DNA of 64,000 nt. Origin: Chloroflexota bacterium. Lineage in GTDB: Bacteria > Chloroflexota > UBA11872. Where the stretch lies: positions 2,532,239 through 2,596,238 of the forward strand of contig OZ244802.1 in NCBI GenBank assembly GCA_965220135.1, in the 5' to 3' direction. Below are positions 38,686-47,814 of this stretch, piece after piece; within the stretch, counting starts at the first letter, position 1; each line of letters starts with the position of its first letter. The notes under the pieces are model-generated. The model saw only the letters and a program-made list of their open reading frames with translations, was not told where the DNA came from and searched no databases. The position numbers and the translations under genes were made by a program.

Positions 38686-41487
38686 GTGTTCGTCCACGAG
38701 GTCGCGCTGCGCAACGTCAAGAGCTTCGTTGAAGCCACGGTCAGGTTTCAGCCCGGCCTCACCGCCGTCGTCGGTCCCAACGGCGCCGGCAAGACAACCC
38801 TCCTGGAAGCTATCGGCTACGGCCTCTTTGGCTTCATGCCGCACCGGCCCCAGGTGCGCTTCATGCGCCACGGCACGACGGAGGCCGCGGTCCAGGTGGA
38901 ATTCACCTCGCCCCGCGACGGCCGCGTCTACCGCGTAGAACGCACCATGCGCCGCCCCCGCTCGCGTGCTACCGGCAAGCTGGCTGACAACGCAGCTACG
39001 ACCGTCTCCCTCTTCGATGTCGAGCTGAACCGCTCCATCGACCAGCCGGCCGCTGAGCTGGAAGCCTGGCTGGCAGGTCAACTGGGCGTGGAAGGCCTCA
39101 GCAGTCCGGCCGACGTCTTCGAACACGTGGTCGGCGTGCCGCAGGGCCGCCTCACGGCTGATTTCCTGGACTCCCCCCGCCTGCGCAAGGCCCGCTTCGA
39201 CCCCATCCTGCGCACCGCCGAGTACCAGCAGGCCGCGGACTCCCTGCGCAGCCTCACGCAGCACTACGCCGAGGCGCGGCACGAGCTGCAGGTCAAGGCC
39301 TCCAACCTGGAAGGCCGTCTCGCCGCCGAACCGGAACTGTTGGCCCGCCGGTCCGCGGCGAGGAAAGCGCTGGAGCAGACCCGGGCGGCGGAAGAACAAG
39401 CCGCCGCCGACCTGGAAGCGGCGAGCGCCTGGTTGTCGACGCAGGACGCCGGCCGCGAGGCCTTTGAAGCCGCTGAGCGGTCGCTCGCCGCCGCCGTCGA
39501 GCGGCGCCAGCAGGCGGCTGCGCAGGTCAAACGCGCCAGGGCCGCGGTGCACGAGGCCCGGCGTGCGGCGGATGTACTCGACGAGACCCGCGCGGCGCAC
39601 GGGGCCTACCAGGCGGCGCAGGCGCGGGCCGCGGAACTCCAGCCCGTCGAATCCCGGGCGCGCGACCTGGACCTGGAACGCGCTCGCCGGGCCGCCCACC
39701 TGGACCGGGCCCGGGATGACCTGGCGGAAACTCGCCGGGAGGTCGGAAAGCACGTGTCCCTGATCGAGGTCGAGCCCGACGGAGATCCTGAAGCGCGGTT
39801 TCGCCAGGTGCGGACCGCATTCCGGCAAGCGGTCGAGGAGGCAAGGGAGCGAAAGGCCAGTGCCGATACTTCCTTCCGCCAGGCCCGGGAGGACACGCGC
39901 ACGCTGCACTCCCGCTGGATGCGCGAGCGCGAAACCGTCGGTCAGGCCTTCGACCAGGGACGCCGGCGCCTCAGGCAATTGGAGGCTCGCGCCGAGGTCG
40001 CCGCCGAACTTCCCGACCGCCGAACGCTGCTGGAGCGGCGCCGCCGGGAGCGCGCCACTGTTGAAGCCCTGCTGGAAGCCGACCGCCACGCCCAGCGCCT
40101 GCTCACCGATACCCGAACCTGTCCCTTCTTCACGGACGTCTGCCGCAACCTGGAGACCATCCCCGACGTGGCCGGCGTCTTCCGCCGGCAGGCGACCGAG
40201 CGCGAACGCACGCTTGTGGATCTTCAGGTAGCCATCGCGGAAGCGGAACGTGCGGTCGCCGCGGCGGAGCAGGCTGAAACCGAGGCCCGCCACGCCGCCG
40301 TCGCCCACGAACGCCAGGCCGTGCTGCACCGCAACCTGGATTCGGCCGACGTCGACATCGCCGCCGCCACCGCGCTGCTGGACGCGCTGGACACGCGGAA
40401 TGCGGGCGAACTCGCCGCGTTGGCGGACGGCCAGCCTCCCGCCTCGAGTGCTCGGGAAGTGCTGGCGCAGTCCGCTCGGCGCGCCTCGAGTGCGCTGGCT
40501 GAATTGGCCTCCACCAAGGAGCCGGCGTCAAGCGCCGCCGGTACCGAACTCTTGGCCGTCGCCCACCACCGCGCGGCCGCATCCGCGAGTGCGCTACGAC
40601 AGACTGAGGCCGAGCTAGAGGCCCTCCGCGACGACCTGAAGACCCTGGCTGACGCGCGATCTGCCCTGGACGACAACGCCGAGGGGCACACCCGCTTCCT
40701 TCAGCACCAGGTCCTGGCCGGGCAGCTTCAAACCCGAACCGCCGAGCTTGAATCGGCCCGGCAAGCCGCCGCGCAGGCCCAGAAACTTGAGGCCGCCGCG
40801 GAAGCTGAATTGGCGGCGGCCCGCGCCGAGTTCGACCCGAAGGCGCTACTGAAAGCTCGCCAGGCCCGCGACGCCGCGCTCGGCCTCGCCCGCCAACTGG
40901 CTGAACGTGCGGCCCGCATGCGGGCCGACGTGGAACGCCTCACCGCCGACGTGGAAGCCCTCCGCCAGGTGCGCGCGGACCTGGAATCCGCGCAGGCCGG
41001 CATCGTCCGCGTCACCCGCCTGGAAGACCGCACCGAGTTCATCCGCCGCCTCCTGCGCGACGCCGGGCCCCTGGTCACCGAAGTCCTGCTGGCCAGCGTC
41101 TCCGACAGCGCCGACGAGATCTACAGCGACATCATGGGCGCCCCCGGCGGACGCCTGCGCTGGGCGGCCGACTACGACATCGTGCTCGGTCGCGGCGGCC
41201 TGGAACGCCGCTTCGGCCAGCTTTCCGGCGGCGAACAGATGGCCGCCGCCCTGGCCGTCCGCCTGGCCCTGCTCCGCGACCTGCTGAACCTGGATATCGC
41301 CTTCTTCGACGAACCCACCCAGCACTTGGACGCCGAACGCCGCGAGAACCTGGCCCAGCAAATCCTCGCCGTCCGCGGCTTCAGCCAGCTCGTCGTCATC
41401 TCCCACGACGACACCTTCGAACGCCACATCGACAACATCATCCGAGTCACCCACACCACCCAAGCCAGCGCAGTCGAAGTGGGCTAG
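38686..41487 (+). CDS. sbcC: DNA repair ATPase SbcC/Rad50 family
   Basis: The GTG start at 38686 is 1 nt after the sbcD stop. Walker A GPNGAGKTT. Long coiled-coil middle region. C-terminal signature LSGGEQMAAALAVRLAL and Walker B AFFDEPTQHLD. Confidence 0.9.
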   Translation: MFVHEVALRNVKSFVEATVRFQPGLTAVVGPNGAGKTTLLEAIGYGLFGFMPHRPQVRFMRHGTTEAAVQVEFTSPRDGRVYRVERTMRRPRSRATGKLADNAATTVSLFDVELNRSIDQPAAELEAWLAGQLGVEGLSSPADVFEHVVGVPQGRLTADFLDSPRLRKARFDPILRTAEYQQAADSLRSLTQHYAEARHELQVKASNLEGRLAAEPELLARRSAARKALEQTRAAEEQAAADLEAASAWLSTQDAGREAFEAAERSLAAAVERRQQAAAQVKRARAAVHEARRAADVLDETRAAHGAYQAAQARAAELQPVESRARDLDLERARRAAHLDRARDDLAETRREVGKHVSLIEVEPDGDPEARFRQVRTAFRQAVEEARERKASADTSFRQAREDTRTLHSRWMRERETVGQAFDQGRRRLRQLEARAEVAAELPDRRTLLERRRRERATVEALLEADRHAQRLLTDTRTCPFFTDVCRNLETIPDVAGVFRRQATERERTLVDLQVAIAEAERAVAAAEQAETEARHAAVAHERQAVLHRNLDSADVDIAAATALLDALDTRNAGELAALADGQPPASSAREVLAQSARRASSALAELASTKEPASSAAGTELLAVAHHRAAASASALRQTEAELEALRDDLKTLADARSALDDNAEGHTRFLQHQVLAGQLQTRTAELESARQAAAQAQKLEAAAEAELAAARAEFDPKALLKARQARDAALGLARQLAERAARMRADVERLTADVEALRQVRADLESAQAGIVRVTRLEDRTEFIRRLLRDAGPLVTEVLLASVSDSADEIYSDIMGAPGGRLRWAADYDIVLGRGGLERRFGQLSGGEQMAAALAVRLALLRDLLNLDIAFFDEPTQHLDAERRENLAQQILAVRGFSQLVVISHDDTFERHIDNIIRVTHTTQASAVEVG

Positions 41488-41578
41488 CGGTCTCGGCCGG
41501 AAGGGCTTGGAGATTAGTCAAGCTATACGTATAGTGGTGTCGTCGCATACGTATACGTGCAGGCGGAGTCTGCAACAG

Positions 41579-41800
41579 ATGAGAAAGAAACTGACGCTCA
41601 CCGTCGACGAAGCGTTGATCCCTAAAGCCAAGAGCTACGCCTACGCGAACGGGAGATCTCTGTCGTCGCTGGTTGAGGAGTTCCTGAGGGAAACCGTGGC
41701 GGGCGAGACTCCGACGTTTGCCGAGCGGTGGAGGGGGAAGTTTCGGCCGGCCGAGCGTGATGACCCGCGTTATGAGGCGCTTGCCAGAAAGTACCTCTGA
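41579..41800 (+). CDS. vapB: VapB-type antitoxin
   Basis: 73 aa, MRKKLTLTVDEALIPKAKSYAYANGRSLSSLVEEFLRE... The stop overlaps the start of the PIN-domain gene. Confidence 0.65.
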   Translation: MRKKLTLTVDEALIPKAKSYAYANGRSLSSLVEEFLRETVAGETPTFAERWRGKFRPAERDDPRYEALARKYL

Positions 41801-42204
41801 TCCTGCTCGACACCGACGTCCTGATCGACGTCGCGCTTGACCGTCAGCCATTCGCCGCGCCGGCCGCGGAACTCATCGATCGCATTGAGCGGGGTGGCCG
41901 GAGCGCGTACGTCGCATGGCACACCGTGTCGAACTTCTACTACTTGGTGTCGGCTGGGCGCAGCAGTGGAGCTGCCAGGGACTTCATCCTCGAACTGACG
42001 CGGTTCGTGGCGATTGCGCCAGCCGACACCAATGCGCTTCGATACGCGGCGTCCTTACCGCTCAGCGACTTCGAGGACGCCATGCAGGTCGCCGCAGCCC
42101 ATGCTTGCGGTGCCCAGCACATCGTCACCCGGAACCTCAGGGACTTCAGACGCTCACCGATTCCGGCTGTGTCACCGCAGGATGCCCTGGACAGGCTGTT
42201 CTGA
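41797..42204 (+). CDS. vapC: PIN-domain toxin VapC; probable CTG start overlapping vapB stop (cTGA)
   Basis: The in-frame N-terminus LILLDTDVLIDVALDRQPFAAPA carries the first PIN acidic residue. It lies upstream of the first ATG with no canonical start available; a CTG start would give MILLDTDVLID. The C-terminal region contains the remaining PIN acidic residues (FEDAMQVAAAHACGAQHIVTRNLRDF). Confidence 0.65.
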   Translation: MILLDTDVLIDVALDRQPFAAPAAELIDRIERGGRSAYVAWHTVSNFYYLVSAGRSSGAARDFILELTRFVAIAPADTNALRYAASLPLSDFEDAMQVAAAHACGAQHIVTRNLRDFRRSPIPAVSPQDALDRLF

Positions 42205-42211
42205 GCTCTCG

Positions 42212-42454
42212 TTAAGGGAGCAGTCGTAGACGGAACCGCCGGGCAATGCCCACACTTCCGTGGGTGCCCATACTCGCCAGATAGCCTTCGACGGCCTCCC
42301 GGACATTCGCCAGCGCCTGGTCCCTGGTCCGCTCCTGGCTATGACACCCAGGCAGCATCGGACAACTCGCCACCGTCCAACCGTCTTCGTCGGCCTCAAA
42401 GACCACGTCTAGCTTCAGCGCTCCATCGCCCGCTTCGACGTCAACCGTCGTCAA
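42212..42454 (-). CDS. HicB-like (UPF0150 / RNase-H-like fold) antitoxin-family protein
   Basis: 80 aa, ...DEDGWTVASCPMLPGCHSQERTRDQALANVREAVEGYLASM, matching the UPF0150 signature (…PGC.SQG.T.EEAL.N..EA...). ATGA overlap with the upstream HTH gene. Confidence 0.6.
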   Translation of the reverse strand: MTTVDVEAGDGALKLDVVFEADEDGWTVASCPMLPGCHSQERTRDQALANVREAVEGYLASMGTHGSVGIARRFRLRLLP

Positions 42455-42753
42455 GATGCGGCCCCAACCAACTCCACCTTGAGCCGCTTACCCAGCGCGG
42501 CGGCCGCCTTCTGCAGCGTGAGCAGGGTGACCGACGGGTTGTCGGGATCGAGCAGACGATCCAGCGCGGCCCGGCTGGTGTGCATGCGCCGCGCCATCTC
42601 GGCTTTGCTCAGCTGCGCGTCGGCCATCGTCTGGCTGATCTGCCACGCAAGGATGCGCTTCACCGCCGCCGCCTCGACCTCCGCCAACGTCCCGTCCGCT
42701 TCAAGCAGGCTATCGAGCGTCGATCCCAGCTGAGGATTGGATGCCTTCGTCAT
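42451..42753 (-). CDS. XRE-type helix-turn-helix protein (antitoxin-like), upstream partner of the HicB-like gene
   Basis: Start MTKASNPQ with a GGAGG SD. HTH segment LSKAEMARRMHTSRAALDRLLDP. Confidence 0.55.
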   Translation of the reverse strand: MTKASNPQLGSTLDSLLEADGTLAEVEAAAVKRILAWQISQTMADAQLSKAEMARRMHTSRAALDRLLDPDNPSVTLLTLQKAAAALGKRLKVELVGAAS

Positions 42754-42939
42754 CGTGCGGCCTCCCAGCCGCGTTCGCGACTCCAGGAGAACGTTCGCTA
42801 CGGAGGCAAAGGGTATCAAAAATGATACACCGGGCAGCTATCACGACACGTCAGCGCGGTCGGATAGCCACCCTTCGCGCTCAGGTGGTTGCTGCGTCCC
42901 GCCAGGAAACACGCAGGGCCGATAGCGACGGGATCGCTG

Positions 42940-43236
42940 CTACTGCGCCTTCACGACCGCCACCCGCAACCCCAGCCCCAACGCCTGTATGACCTTGAGC
43001 ACGGTGGCCAACTCCGGATTGCCGGTGGGTGACAGGGCCTTGTAGAGGCTCTCCCGCCCCAGGCCGGCGTCCATGGCGACCTTGGTCATGCCTCGGGCCC
43101 GGGCAATGTCGCCCAGGGCGGCTGCGATCACTGCCGGGTCGCCGTCCTCGAAGGCCGCATCCAGGTAGGCAACGATGTCCTCGTTGCTTTCCAGGTGATC
43201 CGCTGCGTCCCACGGATGTGTTGGTGTTGTGTTCAG
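42940..43236 (-). CDS. HigA-family addiction-module antidote protein (HTH), orphan; probable CTG start
   Basis: The C-terminal region ...ALGDIARARGMTKVAMDAGLGRESLYKALSPTGNPELATVLKVIQALGLGLRV is typical of this antidote family. The conserved N-terminal part HPWDAADHLESNEDIVAYLDAAFEDGDPA is in-frame upstream of the first GTG with no canonical start. CTG at 43234-43236 would give MNTTPTHPWD... No RelE/HigB-like killer gene is adjacent. Confidence 0.55.
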   Translation of the reverse strand: MNTTPTHPWDAADHLESNEDIVAYLDAAFEDGDPAVIAAALGDIARARGMTKVAMDAGLGRESLYKALSPTGNPELATVLKVIQALGLGLRVAVVKAQ

Positions 43237-43255
43237 AGCAATTCCTCTTGGGAGT

Positions 43256-44341
43256 CTAGGACGCTTCGACCTCCCGCCACGCCTCCGCCAGATGCTCCTG
43301 CACCTTCACCGGCAGTCCCGTCCGGCTGCTTTCGATCGCGGCCGTCACCAGCGCCACCGACTGCAGGTTGTCGATCACGTTCGTCTCCATCGGCTCGCCG
43401 CCTTCCAGCCAGCGCACGAACTTTTCGATCAGCCACACGTGGCCCCAGGCCGGCTGCTCCAGCCAGGGTACGGTGTGGCTGTCGCCTTCGGCCTTGATGC
43501 GAGCATTGCGCGTCGGGTCGAACGGGATGCACTCCAGGCGGTCCGATCCGAGGATCAGCGTCGCCCCTTCGCACTCCGCGCGCGTGTTCTCGCGGCCCCA
43601 CCCGTCCAGCCCCACGGCGTTCACTTTGGAGCCCTCGTAGGTGGCCCGCACGCCGTTCTCGAACTCCATCGTCACCAGCGCCTGGGCGTCGCCGGCGAAT
43701 TCGCTCCACGCGGGATTCCAGGTCCGGGCGTAGATGGTGTCGCACTTCGCGCCGGCCAGATCGGCCAGGATGTCCAGGTGGTGCACCGACCCCTCCACCA
43801 GCAGCGGATCGTCCATTTGGTACCGGAAGCCGAGCCCCCACGCCCCCAGCTGGCGCGCCTCCTGTGTGAACCGGAACACCAGGTAATTCAAGTCTCCGCA
43901 GCGACCCGACCGCAGGCTCTCGCGCATCGTCGTCTTGTACTGGTTGAAGCGATGGCTCATCGTCACCGCCATCTTCTTGCCGGCCTTCGTCACCTTGTCG
44001 GCAATCCGCACCGACCCCACCAGCGTGTCCGCGATCGGCTTCTCCGAAAGGATGTGCAGGTCGTGGGCCACCGCCTGGTCAACGATCTCCTCGTGCGAGT
44101 ACGGCGGCACGACCACGGTGCAGAAATCAGCCGGGTTCTCGTCGAACGCACGCTGGATGTCCGTGTAGCACTGCGCCTCACCTAGTCCAAGATGCTCCCG
44201 GGCGTTCGCCAGCACCTCGGGGTTCGTATCCACCGCGGCCACGACCTCGATCAGCCCCGCCGCAACGTGCGGTGGCAGGAAGTCCCGACACCAAGTCGCT
44301 CCCATCCCGCCGGTGCCAACCTGGATCATTCGCAGGGCCAT
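43256..44341 (-). CDS. Gfo/Idh/MocA family oxidoreductase (third copy)
   Basis: MALRMIQVGTGGMGATW Rossmann motif and SEKPIA motif. 361 aa. Confidence 0.8.
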   Translation of the reverse strand: MALRMIQVGTGGMGATWCRDFLPPHVAAGLIEVVAAVDTNPEVLANAREHLGLGEAQCYTDIQRAFDENPADFCTVVVPPYSHEEIVDQAVAHDLHILSEKPIADTLVGSVRIADKVTKAGKKMAVTMSHRFNQYKTTMRESLRSGRCGDLNYLVFRFTQEARQLGAWGLGFRYQMDDPLLVEGSVHHLDILADLAGAKCDTIYARTWNPAWSEFAGDAQALVTMEFENGVRATYEGSKVNAVGLDGWGRENTRAECEGATLILGSDRLECIPFDPTRNARIKAEGDSHTVPWLEQPAWGHVWLIEKFVRWLEGGEPMETNVIDNLQSVALVTAAIESSRTGLPVKVQEHLAEAWREVEAS

Positions 44342-44494
44342 GCTTGGATCTCCTGGGAGCGTCCGTCCGGCGATACGCTCGCCGAGGACACAACGTCACT
44401 CACCACGATAGACGCTGCCCCACCTGCGGCGCCGCCCCGAAAGCGGACAGGGCTCGACCGAAAACCGGCAGTGTCTTCGGCCTGCGCGACAGGG

Positions 44495-45883
44495 CTAACT
44501 GCCGGCCCGCAGCGCCTCGAACTGGTGGTACACCGGCGTCTCGCCCGGCTCGGTCATAAACACCGAGTACACGGACGCCCGCTGCGCCGTCAGCCGGATC
44601 CGCGTCGGCCGCCCCACCGGCGCTTCCGCCTGCCCCACGCCCCGCCACTCCACCCGCTGCGCCGTGGAGTCCCCGTTGATCGGCCTGCAGTCCGCCGCCG
44701 TGAACCCCGGCAACGGCCGCGCCTCCGCGTCTTGCAGTTCCACCCGGACCTCGCCATCGTCCGCCGTGCTCGCGTTGACGAACACGTCAACCGATGGCGG
44801 AACGAAAATGATCGTCCCCAGCTCCGCCGCCGCCTCGCCCGCCCGCAGCGCCACGAACCGGTCCGGCTTCAGCCGCGCCAGGCCCAGGCCGGCCTCCTGT
44901 GGATTCACTTCCCAGCGGCTGGAGTGCCGTTCGTTCGTGCCCGCGTAGTAGTAGCGAATCTCGTCGTCCAGGAAGATCGGCTGCGAGGCCGGCTGCAAAT
45001 TGCCCGAGTCCCACTCATCCGCGGCCCCGTTCGGAATGAACGCCGTGCCCTGCTCGGCCCGGTGCCAGGCCGTACCGGTCCGCGCGTATGCCAACTCCGG
45101 CGTCTGCAGACCGTCCATCTTGTTCGGCCCAAGGTCGTCGCGGTCGGTGGCGTAGATCCACAGCGTGCCCACTTCATACGGCCCGTAGGCACAGGCGCCC
45201 AGTCCATAAAACTGCGTTTGCGGTGGATCGCCAGGATTGGGCTCCAGCACCATCTGCGGCTCGCCGGACCAGTGCAAAAAGTCCCACGACTCGCTCCGAA
45301 ACACCCGTCGCCCGTATCCGGCCATGCGGTGGTAGGCCGCGAACCGTCCATCCGGCGCTCGCAGAAAACCCATGGGGCAATCGGGCATCGTGGCAACGGC
45401 CGGCTGTATCCGACCGGCAAACGTCCGCGCCGGTTCCCAGTGAATCCCGTCCGCGCTGTGAAACGCGGACACGCATCCCGACGGCTCGGCGCCCGTCAGC
45501 AGCTTGTACCGCCAGGCCGGCCGCGGGTCCTGCAGGTCTTCGAGTATCGCGGGGCCGGTCTGCCCGGCGGCGAACACGATGTTGGTCCGTCGCCCACCGT
45601 CCGTGAACACATCCAGGTCCGGCTTGCGCCAGTGCAGCCCGTCGTCGCTCTCCGCGTAGGCCAGCTGTTCCGTCCAGGGCGCTTCGATCACCTCGTACCA
45701 GGCCCGAAACCGCCCGTCAGCCGCCCGGATCACGCTCCCGAACAGCTGCATGTTCCCGTGCTCCCACGGCAGATCCGGCCTCATCAGCGGCGCATCCGCA
45801 TGCTTCACCGGCTGCTCAACCGCCCGCGCAAAGCCCTCCACGTACTCCAATTCCCAATAGTCAAAAAACAGCAACTTCTTCAT
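44495..45883 (-). CDS. hypothetical glycoside-hydrolase-like beta-propeller protein
   Basis: Start MKKLLFFDYWELEYVEGF with an AGGAG SD. 462 aa. Family not confidently assigned; GH130/GH43-like flavour. Confidence 0.5.
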   Translation of the reverse strand: MKKLLFFDYWELEYVEGFARAVEQPVKHADAPLMRPDLPWEHGNMQLFGSVIRAADGRFRAWYEVIEAPWTEQLAYAESDDGLHWRKPDLDVFTDGGRRTNIVFAAGQTGPAILEDLQDPRPAWRYKLLTGAEPSGCVSAFHSADGIHWEPARTFAGRIQPAVATMPDCPMGFLRAPDGRFAAYHRMAGYGRRVFRSESWDFLHWSGEPQMVLEPNPGDPPQTQFYGLGACAYGPYEVGTLWIYATDRDDLGPNKMDGLQTPELAYARTGTAWHRAEQGTAFIPNGAADEWDSGNLQPASQPIFLDDEIRYYYAGTNERHSSRWEVNPQEAGLGLARLKPDRFVALRAGEAAAELGTIIFVPPSVDVFVNASTADDGEVRVELQDAEARPLPGFTAADCRPINGDSTAQRVEWRGVGQAEAPVGRPTRIRLTAQRASVYSVFMTEPGETPVYHQFEALRAGS

Positions 45884-45944
45884 CGGAACCACTCCTGCCG
45901 CCTGGCAACACCGATAGAGTTCGATCCTACGGCTCCTCGCGCGC

Positions 45945-46367
45945 CTAAGCGTCCACCAATTCGATCCGGTCACCGTACCGGCGGAAGTCCGCGCCATTGA
46001 ACGTCAGCAGCCGGCGCTCGCCGTGGGCGAGCATCGTCGCCACGATGTTTGCGTCGTGAATCTGCCGTCCACCAACGGGGAATTCCCGGCACAGGTCTAA
46101 CAGCGACTCGGTAACCAGGGAGCCGTCCTCAAGAATCTCGAAGTTGCGAAGCAGTCTGCGGACGTCAGCAAGGGCGTCTCCTCGGGTTATGCCCACCGGC
46201 CAGGTCTGCGGACGTGTGACGACGGCCAGGTACTCGCGTACGACCTGCCGGCTGATTCTCAGCGGCTCAGGGTCTCGAAACGCACGCTCCAGGCTTGCCC
46301 GAGCAGCGTCGTGGTCTGGCGCGCCAGGAATTCGGGAATTCACCAGCACGTTGGTATCAACAAACAT
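45945..46367 (-). CDS. PIN-domain ribonuclease toxin (VapC-like)
   Basis: Start MFVDTNVLVNS. PIN acidic residues in FVDTNVL, IHDANIVATML and LLTFNGADF. Confidence 0.7.
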   Translation of the reverse strand: MFVDTNVLVNSRIPGAPDHDAARASLERAFRDPEPLRISRQVVREYLAVVTRPQTWPVGITRGDALADVRRLLRNFEILEDGSLVTESLLDLCREFPVGGRQIHDANIVATMLAHGERRLLTFNGADFRRYGDRIELVDA

Positions 46368-46375
46368 GGCGGCGG

Positions 46376-46780
46376 CTAGACCCGCTCCTCGTAGAGATCC
46401 TCTCGCCTGAGGCTCAGGCCTTCGGGCCACACCGCCGTGGGGTGGACCGGCCATACCTCGTCGAGCGAAGGCCTGGCTTCAGGCTTGGGGTGCCTTCGCC
46501 TGAACAGCAGCGTCTCCGCATCCATATCAACCTCCGCCGTCTCCCATCCCGCGACGCTCCACGCCAGCGCGTGGCTGTGTCCGTTGCTGCGCTTCTGGTT
46601 TCCCCACCAGGGGCGGTGTAGCCGCGCGGACGGCGGCAGTTGGAATCCAACGACTGCCTCGATCTCGCCGAAAGAGGTCCTCCACTCCTGGGCCTGAAGA
46701 CTGTGCAGGTAGGCGTACAACCGCTGGTACTTGCCTCGTTCCACCATCTTTCGGTACCTGTCGCTTCGGTCCACGACCAT
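46376..46780 (-). CDS. hypothetical 134-aa protein immediately upstream (8-nt gap) of the PIN toxin gene; candidate atypical antitoxin or partner
   Basis: MVVDRSDRYRKMVERGKYQRLYAYLHSLQAQEWRTSFGEIEAVVGFQLPPSARLHRPWWGNQ...HALAWSVAGWETAEVDMDAETLLFRR... This is a conserved-looking block (FxEIE..G..LP.SAR....WW.N......HA.AW..AGW) not typical of VapB DNA-binding folds. Confidence 0.45.
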   Translation of the reverse strand: MVVDRSDRYRKMVERGKYQRLYAYLHSLQAQEWRTSFGEIEAVVGFQLPPSARLHRPWWGNQKRSNGHSHALAWSVAGWETAEVDMDAETLLFRRRHPKPEARPSLDEVWPVHPTAVWPEGLSLRREDLYEERV

Positions 46781-46847
46781 GTGAATCCTGCTCTCGGTTG
46801 GCCTGCCCGGAGGGAATCCGCGCGGCCAAGTATATGGTAGTGAGTTA

Positions 46848-46990
46848 GTGACTCCACTTCGCCGCCAGGACCACGCTGCCCAACAGCCGGTTGTTGCCCT
46901 GCTCCCATGGCAACTCCGGCCGCAGCAACGGCGCCCCCGCAAACCCCTCCACGTACTCCAACTCGAGATAGTCAAAGAAGAGCAGCTTTT
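46848..46990 (-). pseudogene. 5' fragment (about 47 codons) of a paralog of the 44495-45883 GH-like gene
   Basis: Translates MKKLLFFDYLELEYVEGFAGAPLLRPELPWEQGNNRLLGSVVLAAKWSH*. It is about 80% DNA identity to the 5' end of the full gene, with a 33-nt indel, and stops after about 47 codons. Confidence 0.6.
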
Positions 46991-47377
46991 TCATTGACAG
47001 AACTCCCGGGCCTTTGCGGAGCCTGGGCCAGTCCGGCAGTCGCTAGAGGTACTTCCCATGAGCCTGGTCGACAGATGAGAGCCTCCGTACTCGGCAGGGG
47101 GAATCGACAGACCCAACCGAGCGGAGGCTCTCATGGCGCTTCCGTGGCGCTGGCGCTGGCCCGCGTGCGGGGAATGGGCTACGAACTCCGACCGCCCACG
47201 GCCGCCCGAGGTCGCCTCGCGCTCTCCCTACCCCCCGCGGCGATTGCACGCTTGCGGGGCGACCGAGCAGCGCAGGCGGAATCCCGCCGGATGTCGTTGC
47301 CTTGTGGGTTGGGCCTCGACTCGAACAGACGACTGACCTCCGAGCCGGTACCCGAGATGCGCGCGGGCCGTCGGGCT

Positions 47378-47542
47378 CTAGCCGCCGTCCCTTACTGGCG
47401 TCCTCGTGCCACGCGGCTTGAAATCGAACTCGTCGCTATCGGCACAGGCCCCAACGGTCGACGCCACCGCGACTCCGAGGATCAGAACAGAAACCGCGAG
47501 CAGACGGCGACGGCCGAGATTCGGATCACGTCTTCCCCGCAT
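47378..47542 (-). CDS. possible small lipoprotein (speculative)
   Basis: MRGRRDPNLGRRRLLAVSVLILGVAVASTVGACADSDEF... is a signal-peptide plus lipobox-like sequence inside a longer ORF. No homology evidence. Confidence 0.25.
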   Translation of the reverse strand: MRGRRDPNLGRRRLLAVSVLILGVAVASTVGACADSDEFDFKPRGTRTPVRDGG

Positions 47543-47814
47543 CGATGTGTCCCCTGCGCATGGCGAGCGGCGGGCGGCCCCCACGATTGCTTCTACGGAC
47601 CATCGCCGCCCCAAGCGTCTGAGTCTAGCCCAGGCAGTTCTTCCAGGTTCGAGGCCGGGGGCTGTCTGCGAGCACGTCCGAGATCCGCGACCAAGCCTGG
47701 TTCCCGCAGACATCGTTGATGGATCCGCGCGTGAAGGCGACCATGGCCCACGCGCGACCGGTCTCACGAGTCAGCGTGCCAGCCGGGTAGATTCGTACGC
47801 AGCAGGAGCGGCCA

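Noticed and set aside
46907-47719. 270-aa plus-strand ORF in the gene-poor region
   Set aside because: It has no motif and a low-complexity Arg/Ala/Pro composition. It spans a long hairpin and the candidate lipoprotein on the opposite strand. It is probably non-coding.
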